NCBI GenBank assembly: GCA_024643755.1
Contig: JAHEMG010000012.1
Coordinates: 4,574 to 68,573, forward strand
Source: Flavobacteriales bacterium
Lineage (GTDB): Bacteria; Bacteroidota; Bacteroidia; NS11-12g; UBA955
Direction of reading: 5' to 3'
DNA length: 64,000 nucleotides
Position numbers and translations under genes: made by a program. Of the stretch, positions 54,037 through 64,000 are shown piece by piece; positions within the stretch are counted from its first letter, which is position 1, and each line of letters starts with the position of its first letter. Below the pieces are notes generated by a model. The model saw only the letters and a program-made list of their open reading frames with translations. It did no database searches and was not told the DNA's origin.

Positions 54037-55461
54037 TTGAAGCACTACAGCCGGATTTCTGCAATTCGGGAGGACCTGAACGCGGGGCACATCACGTGTG
54101 TGTCAATGGTAGAGTATTACCTAAAAAACATTGAATTAAACAAGCACTTAAACGCCTTTTTGGAGGTGTGGGGGGATGAAGCATTGGCTAGAGCCGAGGC
54201 CATCGACCAAAAGGTGAAAGCAGGCACAGCAGGTCGGTTGGCAGGTTGTGTGATTGCGTTGAAAGATGTTTTGGCTTACAAGGACCACCGAGTGGGTTCA
54301 TCTTCCAAGATATTGGAAGGATTTACATCGATTTATTCAGCCACAGTGGTTCAGCGTTTGTTGGATGAGGATGCCATTTTTATTGGCCGCACCAACTGCG
54401 ATGAATTTGCGATGGGCGCTAGTAACGAGAACAGTGCATTTGGCCCCGTGTTGAATGCGGCTGACAATACCCGAGTTCCGGGTGGTTCTTCGGGAGGTAG
54501 CGCGGTGGCAGTTCAAGCCCAGATGGCCCATGCGGCTTTGGGGAGTGATACAGGTGGGTCTATCCGACAGCCAGCGGCGTTTACCGGTATATACGGTTTG
54601 AAGCCCACTTACGGGTTGATTTCGCGTTGGGGTTTGTTGGCATACGCTTCGAGCTTTGACCAGGTGGGTCCGATGACCAAGAGCATTGAGGATTTGGCTT
54701 TGTTGACAGAGATCATGGCGGGGGCAGACGGACAGGATGCTACGGTATTTCAGCAAGCGGCTCCTGTATATGTTGAGCCAAAGGCACCCGCGAAAGCGAA
54801 GTTTGCGGTGATGAAACAGGGGATATCCGAAGAGGGCATCGATCCTGAAGTTCGAGCCATGATGTTGGCTTTGATTGAGAAATTGACGGCGGCGGGACAT
54901 GAAGTAACTTACTTTGATTTCCCGTTGTTGGATTATATGGTGCCGGCGTATTACGTGTTAACCACGGCTGAGGCATCAAGCAATTTATCGCGCTATTCGG
55001 GTATGTTGTACGGCAAGCGCAGTGCGTTGGCGCATGACTTGGACTCTACGTATACGTTGACGCGCACCGAAGGGTTTGGCGAGGAAGTAAAACGCAGAAT
55101 CATGTTGGGCACATTTGTTTTGAGCAGCGATCAGTACGATGCATACTATGACAAGGCACAGCGTGTGAGGCAGGTGATTCGCACCGAAACAGAGAAAGTA
55201 TTGGCCGATGCCGATGCGATTTTGTTGCCCACGACCAGTACACCCGCGTTCAAGTTGGGTGAAAAGGCGGCTGATCCTATTGCGATGTATATGGCGGATT
55301 TGTTTACCGTTCAAGCGCCTTTGGCGGGAAATCCAGCCATTTCAATTCCTGCGGGCACGACTGCTGCGGGTTTGCCCATGGGGGTTCAATTGATGACAGG
55401 TATTTTGGAGGAGCAAGCCCTGTTTGATCTGTCAAAATTGTTGGAAGAAACCTTGGGATGA
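54037..55461 (+). CDS. gatA: Asp-tRNA(Asn)/Glu-tRNA(Gln) amidotransferase subunit A
   Basis: TTG start 2 nt after the tatA stop. Amidase signature GGSSGGSAVAV and GSDTGGSIRQPA. 474 aa. Confidence 0.95.
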   Translation: MKHYSRISAIREDLNAGHITCVSMVEYYLKNIELNKHLNAFLEVWGDEALARAEAIDQKVKAGTAGRLAGCVIALKDVLAYKDHRVGSSSKILEGFTSIYSATVVQRLLDEDAIFIGRTNCDEFAMGASNENSAFGPVLNAADNTRVPGGSSGGSAVAVQAQMAHAALGSDTGGSIRQPAAFTGIYGLKPTYGLISRWGLLAYASSFDQVGPMTKSIEDLALLTEIMAGADGQDATVFQQAAPVYVEPKAPAKAKFAVMKQGISEEGIDPEVRAMMLALIEKLTAAGHEVTYFDFPLLDYMVPAYYVLTTAEASSNLSRYSGMLYGKRSALAHDLDSTYTLTRTEGFGEEVKRRIMLGTFVLSSDQYDAYYDKAQRVRQVIRTETEKVLADADAILLPTTSTPAFKLGEKAADPIAMYMADLFTVQAPLAGNPAISIPAGTTAAGLPMGVQLMTGILEEQALFDLSKLLEETLG

Positions 55462-56735
55462 GTTTGAGAATACGCATCTTCATAATGTGGGTAATGGTAT
55501 GTGGTTTGGCCATCGGTCAGAACGACGTGCAGCTGCGATTGAAGACCTTGGAAGTGCGCGGATTGCCTTTCTTTTACAACAACGACATCGAACAAACGGT
55601 GGGTGATTGGTTGAAAAACGAAAACGAAAGCACCTCTATATTTTACGGTCGGATGCAGTATTACGGCGACGATATTGATCGCATTGCGGTGAAATATGGG
55701 TTGCCTTGGTTTGTGAAATACATTCCTGCTGGGAATTCTGGTTATGAGCCGAGATACCGCGATGAGAGTGGTGCTTCGGGCATGTGGCCGTTGAGTTATA
55801 CGATTGGTAAGAAGTACAATTTGCGTCAGACCGCACTGTTCGACGAACGTCGCGACCCCATCAAATCCACGGAGGCGGCTTGTTTGTATTTGCGTGATTT
55901 GTATGTGATTTATGGCGATTGGTTGAAGGTGATTACGGCGTTTCGAATTGGTCCGATCCGGTTGAATCAGGTGATTCACGGGTTGGGTGGTGATTTGGAT
56001 TTCGCTCATATTTACGAGGCGTTGGAACCCGAAGAGCGGTTGCCGGTGATACAGTTTTATGCGGCGGTGACGGTGTTGCACCACGCCCAGCAGTATGGCA
56101 TTCAGCCGATGTCGGTTGGAATCCCCGATGCTGTCTCGGTAACCTCCATCAACGCGGTGGTGCCTTTTGCGGTGCTAAACGATAAAATTGGGGTTGGTTT
56201 GTCGGATCTGAGAAATTTGAATCCCGAGTTTCGTGCCGATGCGGTGCCTTTTTTGGGTGCTCCTTGTGTGTTTAAATTGCCAAGTAAATTCGTTGAAATT
56301 TATAATAGGAATAAAGATTCCTTGCAAATTTGGATCACAGCAAAGCCGATGATTGTACAGCGAATTGTGAAGGTTGACTCCATCGCGGTTGGAGATGGAG
56401 ATAGTTCGGTTAATGTTGCTATTGCGAAAGGTGATCAATCTATAACGGATTCCGTTGGCATTACTCCCCCCATACCCAAAACGATATTACAAGCGCCCAC
56501 TGATGCAAAAACTTGGGTTTATTACAAAGTGAAATCTGGGGATGCCATTTATACATTGAGCGATATTTTTGATTGTGCACCCGATCAACTGAAATCTTGG
56601 AATCGATTAAATTCTAATCAATTGCGAATTGGGGCTACATTGAAGTTTTACGTGCCGGTAAAACGCAAGTCTTATTATCTTAAATTAAATTCAATGACCA
56701 TCGCGCAGAAGCGCAACATTGCGGGGGCAGACTGA
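55458..56735 (+). CDS. lytic transglycosylase with LysM domains
   Basis: ATGA overlap with gatA. SLT catalytic region (RDESGASGMWPL). C-terminal LysM (YKVKSGDAIYTLSDIFDCAPDQLKSWNRLNSNQLRIGATLKFYVP). Confidence 0.8.
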   Translation: MSLRIRIFIMWVMVCGLAIGQNDVQLRLKTLEVRGLPFFYNNDIEQTVGDWLKNENESTSIFYGRMQYYGDDIDRIAVKYGLPWFVKYIPAGNSGYEPRYRDESGASGMWPLSYTIGKKYNLRQTALFDERRDPIKSTEAACLYLRDLYVIYGDWLKVITAFRIGPIRLNQVIHGLGGDLDFAHIYEALEPEERLPVIQFYAAVTVLHHAQQYGIQPMSVGIPDAVSVTSINAVVPFAVLNDKIGVGLSDLRNLNPEFRADAVPFLGAPCVFKLPSKFVEIYNRNKDSLQIWITAKPMIVQRIVKVDSIAVGDGDSSVNVAIAKGDQSITDSVGITPPIPKTILQAPTDAKTWVYYKVKSGDAIYTLSDIFDCAPDQLKSWNRLNSNQLRIGATLKFYVPVKRKSYYLKLNSMTIAQKRNIAGAD

Positions 56736-59131
56736 TGAAGCGTTGGCTTTTGTTGTTTTTGCTGGCTGTAGCATGCGTATCGGCGAACGCGCAAGACAAA
56801 CCTGTATGTGTATTTACTGCAAACCCGATCGAGGTAGATGGCTTGCCTCGGGAGTCGGTGTGGTTGAATGCGAGCACGTTGGGTATTACTTCCAAGTCGT
56901 TGGGTGCTGTTTCGGGGTCGGTGGACACGTTAGACGGTGGATTTCAGGTGTTGAAGCAATCCAATGGGGATCCATTTATTCAGTATTATCCGTATGATAC
57001 TTCGTTGGCGGAAACTCAAACGAGATATGCATTTGCGTACGACGAAAAATACTTTTATGCTTATTTTATTTGCGAAAATCGCAATCCGAGTAAGCCCTAT
57101 GTGATTCAGAGCTTGAAGCGCGATTTCAGCGTAACCAATACGGATGCGGTTGTATTGACGTTGAGTCCGTTCAATGACGGACAAAATGGCTTTTCATTTG
57201 GTGTATCGCCCTACAATTCGCAGCGCGAGGGGTCGGTGGAGAATGGCGGCGGGTTTGGTGTGACTACGGCATGGGATCAGGTTTGGTATTCACAGACCAA
57301 GCAATTTGCGAATTATTGGGTTGCGGAGATGGCGATTCCGTTCAACAGTTTGCGATTTAATCCGGCGGAGACGCATTGGCGCTTCAACATTGCGCGATTT
57401 GATTTTAAAAATAACGAGGTGTCGGTGTCTTCAAGGGTGCCGAGGAACTTCAACGTGAGTTCGCTGGTCTTTTGCGATTCGCTGGCTTTTGGGGCAACGA
57501 AGACTGCATCGCCCTTCATGAATGGCGCGAAAAAACGTCCGAACGTGGTCTTGATTCCCTATGTGAGTGGGATTGGACAGCAGGGGGTTTCGGGGAAGCG
57601 CACAACGATTTCAGACCCGGTGAGTGCAAGTCCGAAGGTAGGTTTCGACGCCAAGGTAGGATTGAGTCGCAGTTTGAATTTGGACATCACGGTAAACCCA
57701 GATTTTGCCCAGGTGGACGTGGATGTGCAGCAGGTGAACCTGACGCGTTATAGTTTGTTTTTTCCTGAGCGGAGGCAATTTTTCATTGAAAACAGCGATT
57801 TGTTTGCTTCGTTTGGATTTCGGCAGATTCGTCCATTCTTTTCGCGCAGGATTGGGTTGGGCAGCAGCGGACCGGTTCCCATTTTGGGAGGGGTTCGGAT
57901 GTCGGGCAAGATCGGCAGCAACGTGCGTTTGGGGTTGATGAATATCACCACTCAGGCGCAGGAATTGGTAGGTTCGCGTTTGCCGGCCACCAATTATTCG
58001 GTGTTTGCATTGCAACGCAAGGTGTTCGCTGCGAGCAATGTGGCGTTGATTGCGGTGCATGATCAGCGTTTGCAATCGTTGGTATCGTATCGAGATCGTT
58101 CGGGTGTATTGCGTAGCACCGGTGATTACAATACGGTTTTAGGTACTGAGTTTAATTTGTTGACCAAACGAAACTTATGGGCAGGTAAGGCGTTTGTCCA
58201 AAAGTCGCTGTACCCTGGTTTGCGGGGCGATGCGGGTTACGCGCATGCTACATGGTTGCGCTTTAGGAATTTGAATTGGATGGCGATGTGGAATCACGAG
58301 TATGTGAGCAAGCATTTCTTGGCTAGGACGGGGTTTGTGCCTCGCACGGATAATTACGATCCCATTTCGGGGAAGGTCATCAAATACGATTACTGGCGTT
58401 TGGAGCCGATGTTGACGTACAGCATTTACCCCAAGCGAAACAAGTATGTGAATCATTACGGGTTGGTGTTGAGCAACAGCAGTTATTACGACAGCAGTTT
58501 TCACGGTACTGAGTCGGAGTCGGAGTTGGGCGTGGACGTGAGTTTCCAGAACAGCTCAATTTTCCATGTCAGTTTGGATCACTCGTATTACGACTTGTTT
58601 TTGCCGTTTGATCCATTGGGTGAGGGGAAGTTATTTTTTGGCAAGTACCAGTGGACGGGGGTTCATACCGAGTTCACGACCAACAATCGGAAGCCCTTGA
58701 GTGGGTATTTGGAGGCCAATTACGGGGGTTACTTTTTGGGTAAGAAATACGAATTCGGCGGAAATTTATCGTACCGCGTGCGGGGGGTTGGGAAGCGAAA
58801 GTTGCCGTTGCTTTTGTTTACGGCGAATTTCAACCACATCAACGTGTTGATGGGCGATAGCTTTGCGTCGGCGATTAATTTGATTGGGTTGAAGGGGGAA
58901 TACAGCATCAACACAAACACCTATTTCACGGGTTTTGTGCAGTACAATACGCAAACCGACAAGGTAAATATGAATTTGCGTTTTCAGTGGCGCTACCGTC
59001 CGATGAGCGATTTCTTCTTGGTTTACAGTCAGAATTACGACCAGTTTCAGTCGGTCCTACCCAATCGCAGTATGTATTTTGGTCCGTCGATGCGAACCTT
59101 AGCGGTAAAATGGGTGTACTGGTTTAATTAA
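56735..59131 (+). CDS. outer-membrane-associated protein, CBM9-like N-terminus plus DUF5916-like beta-barrel region
   Basis: Signal peptide [20 protein letters not shown]. 798 aa, beta-rich, ending WVYWFN (aromatic C-terminus). The family assignment is from memory only. Confidence 0.6.
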   Translation: MKRWLLLFLLAVACVSANAQDKPVCVFTANPIEVDGLPRESVWLNASTLGITSKSLGAVSGSVDTLDGGFQVLKQSNGDPFIQYYPYDTSLAETQTRYAFAYDEKYFYAYFICENRNPSKPYVIQSLKRDFSVTNTDAVVLTLSPFNDGQNGFSFGVSPYNSQREGSVENGGGFGVTTAWDQVWYSQTKQFANYWVAEMAIPFNSLRFNPAETHWRFNIARFDFKNNEVSVSSRVPRNFNVSSLVFCDSLAFGATKTASPFMNGAKKRPNVVLIPYVSGIGQQGVSGKRTTISDPVSASPKVGFDAKVGLSRSLNLDITVNPDFAQVDVDVQQVNLTRYSLFFPERRQFFIENSDLFASFGFRQIRPFFSRRIGLGSSGPVPILGGVRMSGKIGSNVRLGLMNITTQAQELVGSRLPATNYSVFALQRKVFAASNVALIAVHDQRLQSLVSYRDRSGVLRSTGDYNTVLGTEFNLLTKRNLWAGKAFVQKSLYPGLRGDAGYAHATWLRFRNLNWMAMWNHEYVSKHFLARTGFVPRTDNYDPISGKVIKYDYWRLEPMLTYSIYPKRNKYVNHYGLVLSNSSYYDSSFHGTESESELGVDVSFQNSSIFHVSLDHSYYDLFLPFDPLGEGKLFFGKYQWTGVHTEFTTNNRKPLSGYLEANYGGYFLGKKYEFGGNLSYRVRGVGKRKLPLLLFTANFNHINVLMGDSFASAINLIGLKGEYSINTNTYFTGFVQYNTQTDKVNMNLRFQWRYRPMSDFFLVYSQNYDQFQSVLPNRSMYFGPSMRTLAVKWVYWFN

Positions 59132-59922
59132 AAACCATCGCCATCGAGGATGTTGCCGAAGCCACCGAGGATACTGCCTTCTTCGCGGCGGCCGCCTGGG
59201 GTTCCATAGCTGAGGATTTTGCTGGCCAAGCGCGACACAGGCAAACTTTGCAACCACACTTTTCCTGGACCTCTGAGTACGGCAAAGAAGAGTCCTTCAC
59301 CGCCGAACAGGGCATTTTTCACACCGCGCACCATTTGGATATCGTAGTCGATGCCGCTGGTGAAAGCCACGATGCAACCGGTATCGATGCGTAGGAATTC
59401 ACCGGGTTTGAGTTCTTTTTCCATAACATGTCCGCCCGCATGCACAAATGCCAGGCCATCGCCTTCGAGTTTTTGCATGATGAAACCTTCGCCACCGAAC
59501 AGGCCGGTACCGAGTTTGCGTTGAAATTCGATGCCCACGCTTACGCCTTTGGCGGCGCAGAGGTAGCTATCTTTCTGACAGATGACTTTTCCACCAAGTT
59601 GTTGGAGGTCGAGGGCCATGATTTTACCGGCATAGGGTCCGGCAAAGGTTACACGGGCTTTGTTGTAGCCCATGTTGGTGAAGGCGGTCATGAAGAGTGA
59701 TTCACCGGTAAGGAGGCGTTTTCCGGCGCCCATGAGTTTGCCGAGGATACCCCCTGATTGTTGGCTACCATCGCCGAATACGGTTTCCATTTCTATGCCA
59801 TCGTCCATGAACATGAAGCTACCACTTTCTGCCATGACGGTTTCTTGTGGATCCAGTTCAATTTCAACACATTGCATTTCTTCGCCGAAGATGCGGTAAT
59901 CGATTTCGTGATTGCGTCTCAT
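59128..59922 (-). CDS. TIGR00266/AIM24 family protein
   Basis: [39 protein letters not shown] and repeated beta-helix-like GGEG segments. 264 aa. Confidence 0.75.
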   Translation of the reverse strand: MRRNHEIDYRIFGEEMQCVEIELDPQETVMAESGSFMFMDDGIEMETVFGDGSQQSGGILGKLMGAGKRLLTGESLFMTAFTNMGYNKARVTFAGPYAGKIMALDLQQLGGKVICQKDSYLCAAKGVSVGIEFQRKLGTGLFGGEGFIMQKLEGDGLAFVHAGGHVMEKELKPGEFLRIDTGCIVAFTSGIDYDIQMVRGVKNALFGGEGLFFAVLRGPGKVWLQSLPVSRLASKILSYGTPGGRREEGSILGGFGNILDGDGF

Positions 59923-59951
59923 AGTTTGGGAAATGGATATTTTGATGGGGA

Positions 59952-60971
59952 TTAGGCGTTTTCTGTTGGGAGTTTTTTCAGTGCGAGGATGCTGAAGTTG
60001 CTATCTTCTTTTACGATGGTATTGCTGAGGCGACCGAGGCCGGCTATTTCCATGTCAACTACATCGCCATCTTGCAGCCATTGTTCTTTGTATTGGGGAT
60101 CGTTGAGTTTGCCGGTTCCGTTGAGTTCCAGGAAGCAACCGGTACCCACGGTTCCGCTACCGATGACATCGCCAGGGAAGATATCGGCACCATAGGCGCA
60201 TCGTTCAATGATTTCCGCGAAGGTCCAATCCATATCGCCTACACTACCTTCACTCACTTGGATGCCATTGACCCAGCATTTCATGTTGAGGTTGTAGCTA
60301 TGGCCCACATGTCCGGGTTTTGCCGGAATTTTATAGGGTTCTAGTTCATCGGGGGTAACGAGCCAGGGGCCGATTACGGTGCTAAAGTCTTTGCCTTTGG
60401 CGGGACCGAGGTTGAGGAGCATTTCTTCCATTTGGAGTCGGCGCGCACTCATATCGTTCATGATCATGTACCCGGCGATGTATTGATCGGCGTCTTCGGC
60501 TTTCACGTTTCTACCGCGTTTTCCCAAAACAACGGCTGCTTCGAGTTCGAAATCCAATTTTTCGAAGTGGTCGGGCATACAGGGTATGGCGCCGGGGCCT
60601 TGGATGGCGTTGTGGTTGGTGAAGTAGAAGATGGGATATTGATCAAATTCGGGGATCATGGGAACACCGCGGTTTCTGCGTGCGGCGGCCACGTGTTGAC
60701 GGAAGGCATAGCCATCGCGACAGCTTGTGGGTTGTGGCACGGGGGCCAGGAGGATATCATCGGAGCAGGGCACGGCGAGGTGGCTGTGGTTGCCTGCCAA
60801 AATTTCGGCTTCAACGGCTTTGGCGAGGGCGCTTTGGTTGTCCCAATCGTTCAGCATATCGCGCATATTTAGGGCGATGTTTGGGTTGATGGTGTTGAGG
60901 GGAAAAATTTGGTTGTTGACCAAGATGCCGGTTTGGGCGAGGTCATTGGTTTTGAAGGTGACCAATTTCAT
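59952..60971 (-). CDS. fumarylacetoacetate hydrolase family protein
   Basis: [38 protein letters not shown]; FAH-fold signatures. 339 aa. Confidence 0.85.
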   Translation of the reverse strand: MKLVTFKTNDLAQTGILVNNQIFPLNTINPNIALNMRDMLNDWDNQSALAKAVEAEILAGNHSHLAVPCSDDILLAPVPQPTSCRDGYAFRQHVAAARRNRGVPMIPEFDQYPIFYFTNHNAIQGPGAIPCMPDHFEKLDFELEAAVVLGKRGRNVKAEDADQYIAGYMIMNDMSARRLQMEEMLLNLGPAKGKDFSTVIGPWLVTPDELEPYKIPAKPGHVGHSYNLNMKCWVNGIQVSEGSVGDMDWTFAEIIERCAYGADIFPGDVIGSGTVGTGCFLELNGTGKLNDPQYKEQWLQDGDVVDMEIAGLGRLSNTIVKEDSNFSILALKKLPTENA

Positions 60972-60975
60972 ACTA

Positions 60976-60983
60976 CAAAAATA
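60976..60983 (-). promoter_or_regulatory. -7 promoter box (TATTTTTG on minus strand) for the FAH-family gene
   Basis: Perfect TAnnTTTG, 4 nt before the ATG (60971..60969). Confidence 0.5.
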
Positions 60984-61062
60984 CGGCTATTTCGCGAGTT
61001 TATGTGGGAAATCGGGTTTGGTGGTTGGACGGGGATGTATGATTTTTGTTTCAATATTCTCC

Positions 61063-61965
61063 ATGACAAACAGAACGAAGGTATTGGTAACGGGCAGCAA
61101 CGGGTTGTTGGGACAGAAGCTCACAGATTTGTTTTTGAAGCAAGCGGATTGGGATTTGTTGGCTACGGGAGCGGGTGCGAACCGACATCCAGCGCGGGAG
61201 GGGTATCGCTATGAGACCCTAGACATTACCGATACGGTGGCGATGGAGCGGTTGTTGGCGCGTGAATTACCGGATGTGGTGATCCATACAGCGGCGATGA
61301 CGCAAGTCGATGATTGTGAATTTAAACGCGATGAATGTGTGGCTTTGAATGTTACAGCGGTATCGGAATTGGCGCAGTTAAGCACGCGTTTGGGCTTTCA
61401 TTTGGTGCATGTTAGCACGGATTTCATTTTTGATGGCACCAAGCCGATGTATACGGAGGACGATGCAGCGAATCCTTTGAGTTATTATGGTTGGAGCAAG
61501 TTGGAGGGCGAGAAGCGGGTGATTGAGCACGCCAACAGATACAGCATTTTGCGCACGGTGTTGGTGTATGGTCAGGTGGCGGATATGAGTAGAACCAACA
61601 TTGTGTTGTGGGCGCATGGCACATTGAAGCAGCAGAAGTCGGCGAATGTGGTTACGGATCAATTCAGGACACCCACATTGGCTGAGGATTTGGCAATGGG
61701 TTGTTTTTTGGCGGCCGCGCAGCGGGCGCAGGGCATTTATAACATTGCCGGCAAAGATTATATGAGTGTGATTGAATTGGTGGAGCGCGTGGCGAAATTT
61801 TACGGGTATTCGATGGACTGCATCAACCGGGTTGACAGCAGCACCTTGAATCAGCCGGCTAAACGTCCGCCCATCACTGGATTGGATATCAACAAAGCGG
61901 TAACCCAATTGGGGTATGCGCCTCACTCATTTGAGGAGGGATTGGCTTTGTTGGGATTGCAGTAA
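61063..61965 (+). CDS. SDR-family NAD(P)-dependent reductase (dTDP-4-dehydrorhamnose reductase-like, RmlD fold)
   Basis: Start moved to 61063 (MTNRTKVLVTGSNGLLGQKL). STDFIFDG and YGWSK (YxxxK). The track extension from 60727 is antisense to the FAH-family gene. Confidence 0.8.
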   Translation: MTNRTKVLVTGSNGLLGQKLTDLFLKQADWDLLATGAGANRHPAREGYRYETLDITDTVAMERLLARELPDVVIHTAAMTQVDDCEFKRDECVALNVTAVSELAQLSTRLGFHLVHVSTDFIFDGTKPMYTEDDAANPLSYYGWSKLEGEKRVIEHANRYSILRTVLVYGQVADMSRTNIVLWAHGTLKQQKSANVVTDQFRTPTLAEDLAMGCFLAAAQRAQGIYNIAGKDYMSVIELVERVAKFYGYSMDCINRVDSSTLNQPAKRPPITGLDINKAVTQLGYAPHSFEEGLALLGLQ

Positions 61966-61980
61966 GGGATTGCAGTAAGG

Positions 61981-62003
61981 AATCGCCTGGGGCGATTTGT
62001 TTT
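61981..62003 (+). terminator. intrinsic terminator after the SDR gene
   Basis: AATCGCC (61981..61987), TGG loop, GGCGATT (61991..61997), followed by TGTTTT. Lies between convergent genes. Confidence 0.6.
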
Positions 62004-62520
62004 AGGGCTTTTGCATCACTTCGCCACATTCTTTGCAGGTTCTGAGGTCTTCAGAATTGTAGTAGTGGTTAAAGTGGTTTAGGAAGTCGGTTTCGATGTT
62101 GTTGAGTTCGAAATAGGCCTCATGCAGTTTGTTGTTGCAATTTTCGCAGAACCAGAGGAGTCCGTCTGTAAATCCTTTTCCTGCGCGAACGCGTTCGATG
62201 ACCAATCCGATAGAACCTTCGGTTCTTCCGGGGCTATGTGGCACGCCGGGAGGGAGCAGGAACATATCGCCGGGACCTAGTTTCACATCTACGCGCTGTC
62301 CGTTTTGCTGGGTTCTCACGGTGATTTCACCTTCGAGTTGGTAGAAAAGCTCTTCGGTTTCGTTGTAGTGGTAGTCGCGCCGCGCATTCGGTCCACCCAC
62401 AATCATCACGATATAGTCTGTGCCTTCTGGGTACAGGTTTTTGTTGGCAACGGGGGGTTTGAGTAGGTGCCGGTTTTCGGCAATCCATGTTTGGAGGTTA
62501 AAGGGCTTGCGGATTTCCAT
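62002..62520 (-). CDS. nbaC: 3-hydroxyanthranilate 3,4-dioxygenase
   Basis: Start moved to 62520 (MEIRKPFNLQTWIAENRHLLKPPV). Cupin motifs EELFYQLEGE and PPGVPHSP. C-terminal Cys pairs CENC and CKEC. Confidence 0.85.
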   Translation of the reverse strand: MEIRKPFNLQTWIAENRHLLKPPVANKNLYPEGTDYIVMIVGGPNARRDYHYNETEELFYQLEGEITVRTQQNGQRVDVKLGPGDMFLLPPGVPHSPGRTEGSIGLVIERVRAGKGFTDGLLWFCENCNNKLHEAYFELNNIETDFLNHFNHYYNSEDLRTCKECGEVMQKP

Positions 62521-62670
62521 GGTTTTTGAGGTTTTGGCTCTACAAAGTTGACATCGTAGAAACACAAAAGTAAATCTTTGCGGTACAAAATTTCATGTCA
62601 TTCGTCATATCGAAATGCCAAACACTCAATTTTTGCGATTTTTACTAAAAGTTCATCGCTCTGAAACATG

Positions 62671-62678
62671 TAACTTTG
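62671..62678 (+). promoter_or_regulatory. -7 promoter box (TAACTTTG) for purF
   Basis: Perfect TAnnTTTG, 13 nt before the ATG at 62692. Confidence 0.4.
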
Positions 62679-62691
62679 CCCTACAACTTCC

Positions 62692-64000
62692 ATGAGTGAC
62701 GCGATTAAACATGAATGTGGTGTTGCTTTCATCCGCTTGAGAAAGCCGTTGGAGTACTACCAGGAAAAGTATGGCACTTTTTGGTACGGCTTGGCCAAGC
62801 TGCAGTACCTGATGACCAAGCAATTGAATCGTGGCCAAGACGGCGCGGGTATGGGGGTTGTGAAGCTGGACCCCGATTATGGGGCGAGGTATTTGGCGCG
62901 CAAGCGCAGTGCCAGCAAAACAGCATTAACAGATATTTTTGAAGAGGTAGGGGCGGCATTGAACGACATTCCGGAGGAGTATCGCAATGATGCAGACTAT
63001 TTGCGCAAGCACTATCCATATGCGGGGGAGATGTTGTTGGGACATTTGCGATATGGCACGTATGGCGGCAACAGCATTGAGAATATCCACCCATTTTTGC
63101 GTCAGAACAACTGGATGGCGCGCAACTTGATGTTGGCGGGCAACTACAACATCACCAATACCGATGAGTTGTTCAATGCGTTGATTGAGTTGGGACAGCA
63201 GCCCAAGGAGAAGAGCGATAACGTGTTGATGTTGGAGAAGATCGGCCATTTTATTGATGAGGAAAACCAGCGATTGTTTGGGGTTTTGAAGGCCCAGGGC
63301 TTCACCAACTTAGAAATTTCTGAGAAGATCAAAGAGGAGATATCGCTCACCAACATTTTGAAGCGCAGTTTCAAGAACGTAGACGGTGGCTATAATATGA
63401 TTGGGATGTTGGGTCATGGCGATGCGTTTATCATTCGCGATCCGGCGGGTATTCGTCCATCGCACTACTACATCGACGATGAGGTTGTGGTGGTAGCGAG
63501 TGAGCGTGCGGCGATACAAACGGCGTTCAACATTTATCCTGAGGATGTGCAGGAATTGGGTCCGGGTAATGCCTTGTTGGTTCGCAAGAGCGGCCATGTT
63601 GAGGAGGTGAATATTTTGGAGCCCACAGAGCGCATGAGTTGCAGTTTTGAGCGTATCTATTTTTCACGCGGAAACGACCAGGCCATTTATCACGAGCGCA
63701 AGGAATTGGGTCGATTGTTGGCCAAGCCGGTGATGCAATTGTTGGGCAATGATTTGGTGAATACGGTGTTCAGTTATGTGCCGAACACTGCGGCCACGAG
63801 TTTTTACGGGTTGATTGATGGTATTCATGAGATTCGGAGGGATTTGCAGGCCGATGCCTTATCGAAGATCGATGTGAAAAACGAGCCCGAGAAGGTGAAG
63901 GAGATTTTGAGTTGGCGTCCGCGCAGGGAAAAGATTTTGGTGAAGGATGTGAAGATGCGCACGTTTATTACGAATGATTCTGACAGGGATGATTTGGTGG
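62692..64000 (+). CDS. purF: amidophosphoribosyltransferase (class II glutamine amidotransferase), 3' end outside window
   Basis: Read by hand; absent from the track because no stop falls in the window. MSDAIKHECGVAF carries the N-terminal nucleophile Cys after a short propeptide. Also NRGQDGAGM, GHLRYGT and IRDPAGIRP. The frame is open to 64000. Confidence 0.85.
   Translation, partial: MSDAIKHECGVAFIRLRKPLEYYQEKYGTFWYGLAKLQYLMTKQLNRGQDGAGMGVVKLDPDYGARYLARKRSASKTALTDIFEEVGAALNDIPEEYRNDADYLRKHYPYAGEMLLGHLRYGTYGGNSIENIHPFLRQNNWMARNLMLAGNYNITNTDELFNALIELGQQPKEKSDNVLMLEKIGHFIDEENQRLFGVLKAQGFTNLEISEKIKEEISLTNILKRSFKNVDGGYNMIGMLGHGDAFIIRDPAGIRPSHYYIDDEVVVVASERAAIQTAFNIYPEDVQELGPGNALLVRKSGHVEEVNILEPTERMSCSFERIYFSRGNDQAIYHERKELGRLLAKPVMQLLGNDLVNTVFSYVPNTAATSFYGLIDGIHEIRRDLQADALSKIDVKNEPEKVKEILSWRPRREKILVKDVKMRTFITNDSDRDDLV

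Noticed and set aside
1-64000. Scan for rRNA, tRNA, CRISPR arrays, transposases/integrases, prophage or defence-island genes
   Set aside because: None was recognised. The intergenic gaps are short (the longest are about 350 and 220 nt) and show no cloverleaf-like or repeat-spacer structure. All large ORFs have housekeeping or envelope assignments. Small ncRNAs cannot be excluded by eye.

Overview
This window is a densely coding chromosomal segment. I assign it to a Bacteroidota bacterium for four reasons: TAnnTTTG promoter boxes in place of Shine-Dalgarno leaders, a T9SS-type C-terminal tail, S46 and M43 peptidases, and a UpxY-type NusG paralog together with RNase Y and a conserved DUF4292/TPR/M23 gene order. 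All calls come from reading the ORF translations and recalling family motifs; no searches were run. I support about 57 protein-coding genes. Most are housekeeping: rsmI, lnt, zapA, rny, coaX, lptC, pheT, rpoN, asnS, pyrE, coaD, rsmD, dut, folK, accA, fabK, tatA, gatA, purF. The rest are mainly envelope and secreted proteins: OmpA with TSP3 repeats, M1, M16, M23, M43 and S46 peptidases, a lytic transglycosylase and a cytochrome c peroxidase. Two genes run off the window edges and are missing from the ORF track: a lipase-like gene at 1..2530 (-) and purF at 62692..64000 (+). I found no rRNA, tRNA, CRISPR array, transposase or integrase. The observations most worth a second look are: (1) a tightly coupled three-gene module of a NusG paralog, a PIG-L/LmbE deacetylase and a GT-C membrane glycosyltransferase with an unassigned C-terminal domain (49133..52349); (2) a ligase-associated DNA-damage exonuclease coupled to a 251-aa ligase-derived ORF that lacks the whole nucleotidyltransferase domain (22781..24543); (3) a recurring geometry in which a TAnnTT(T/C)G box sits exactly 4 nt upstream of the ATG, predicting leaderless mRNAs for at least six genes; (4) pyrE and a NUDIX gene whose divergent start codons overlap (CATG), each with its promoter box inside the other gene's first codons; (5) an M1 metallopeptidase fused to a predicted beta-barrel, a Rieske-like lipoprotein without His ligands, and an AsnRS with a coiled-coil insertion. 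Many long ORFs in the track are antisense shadows of real genes and were rejected.
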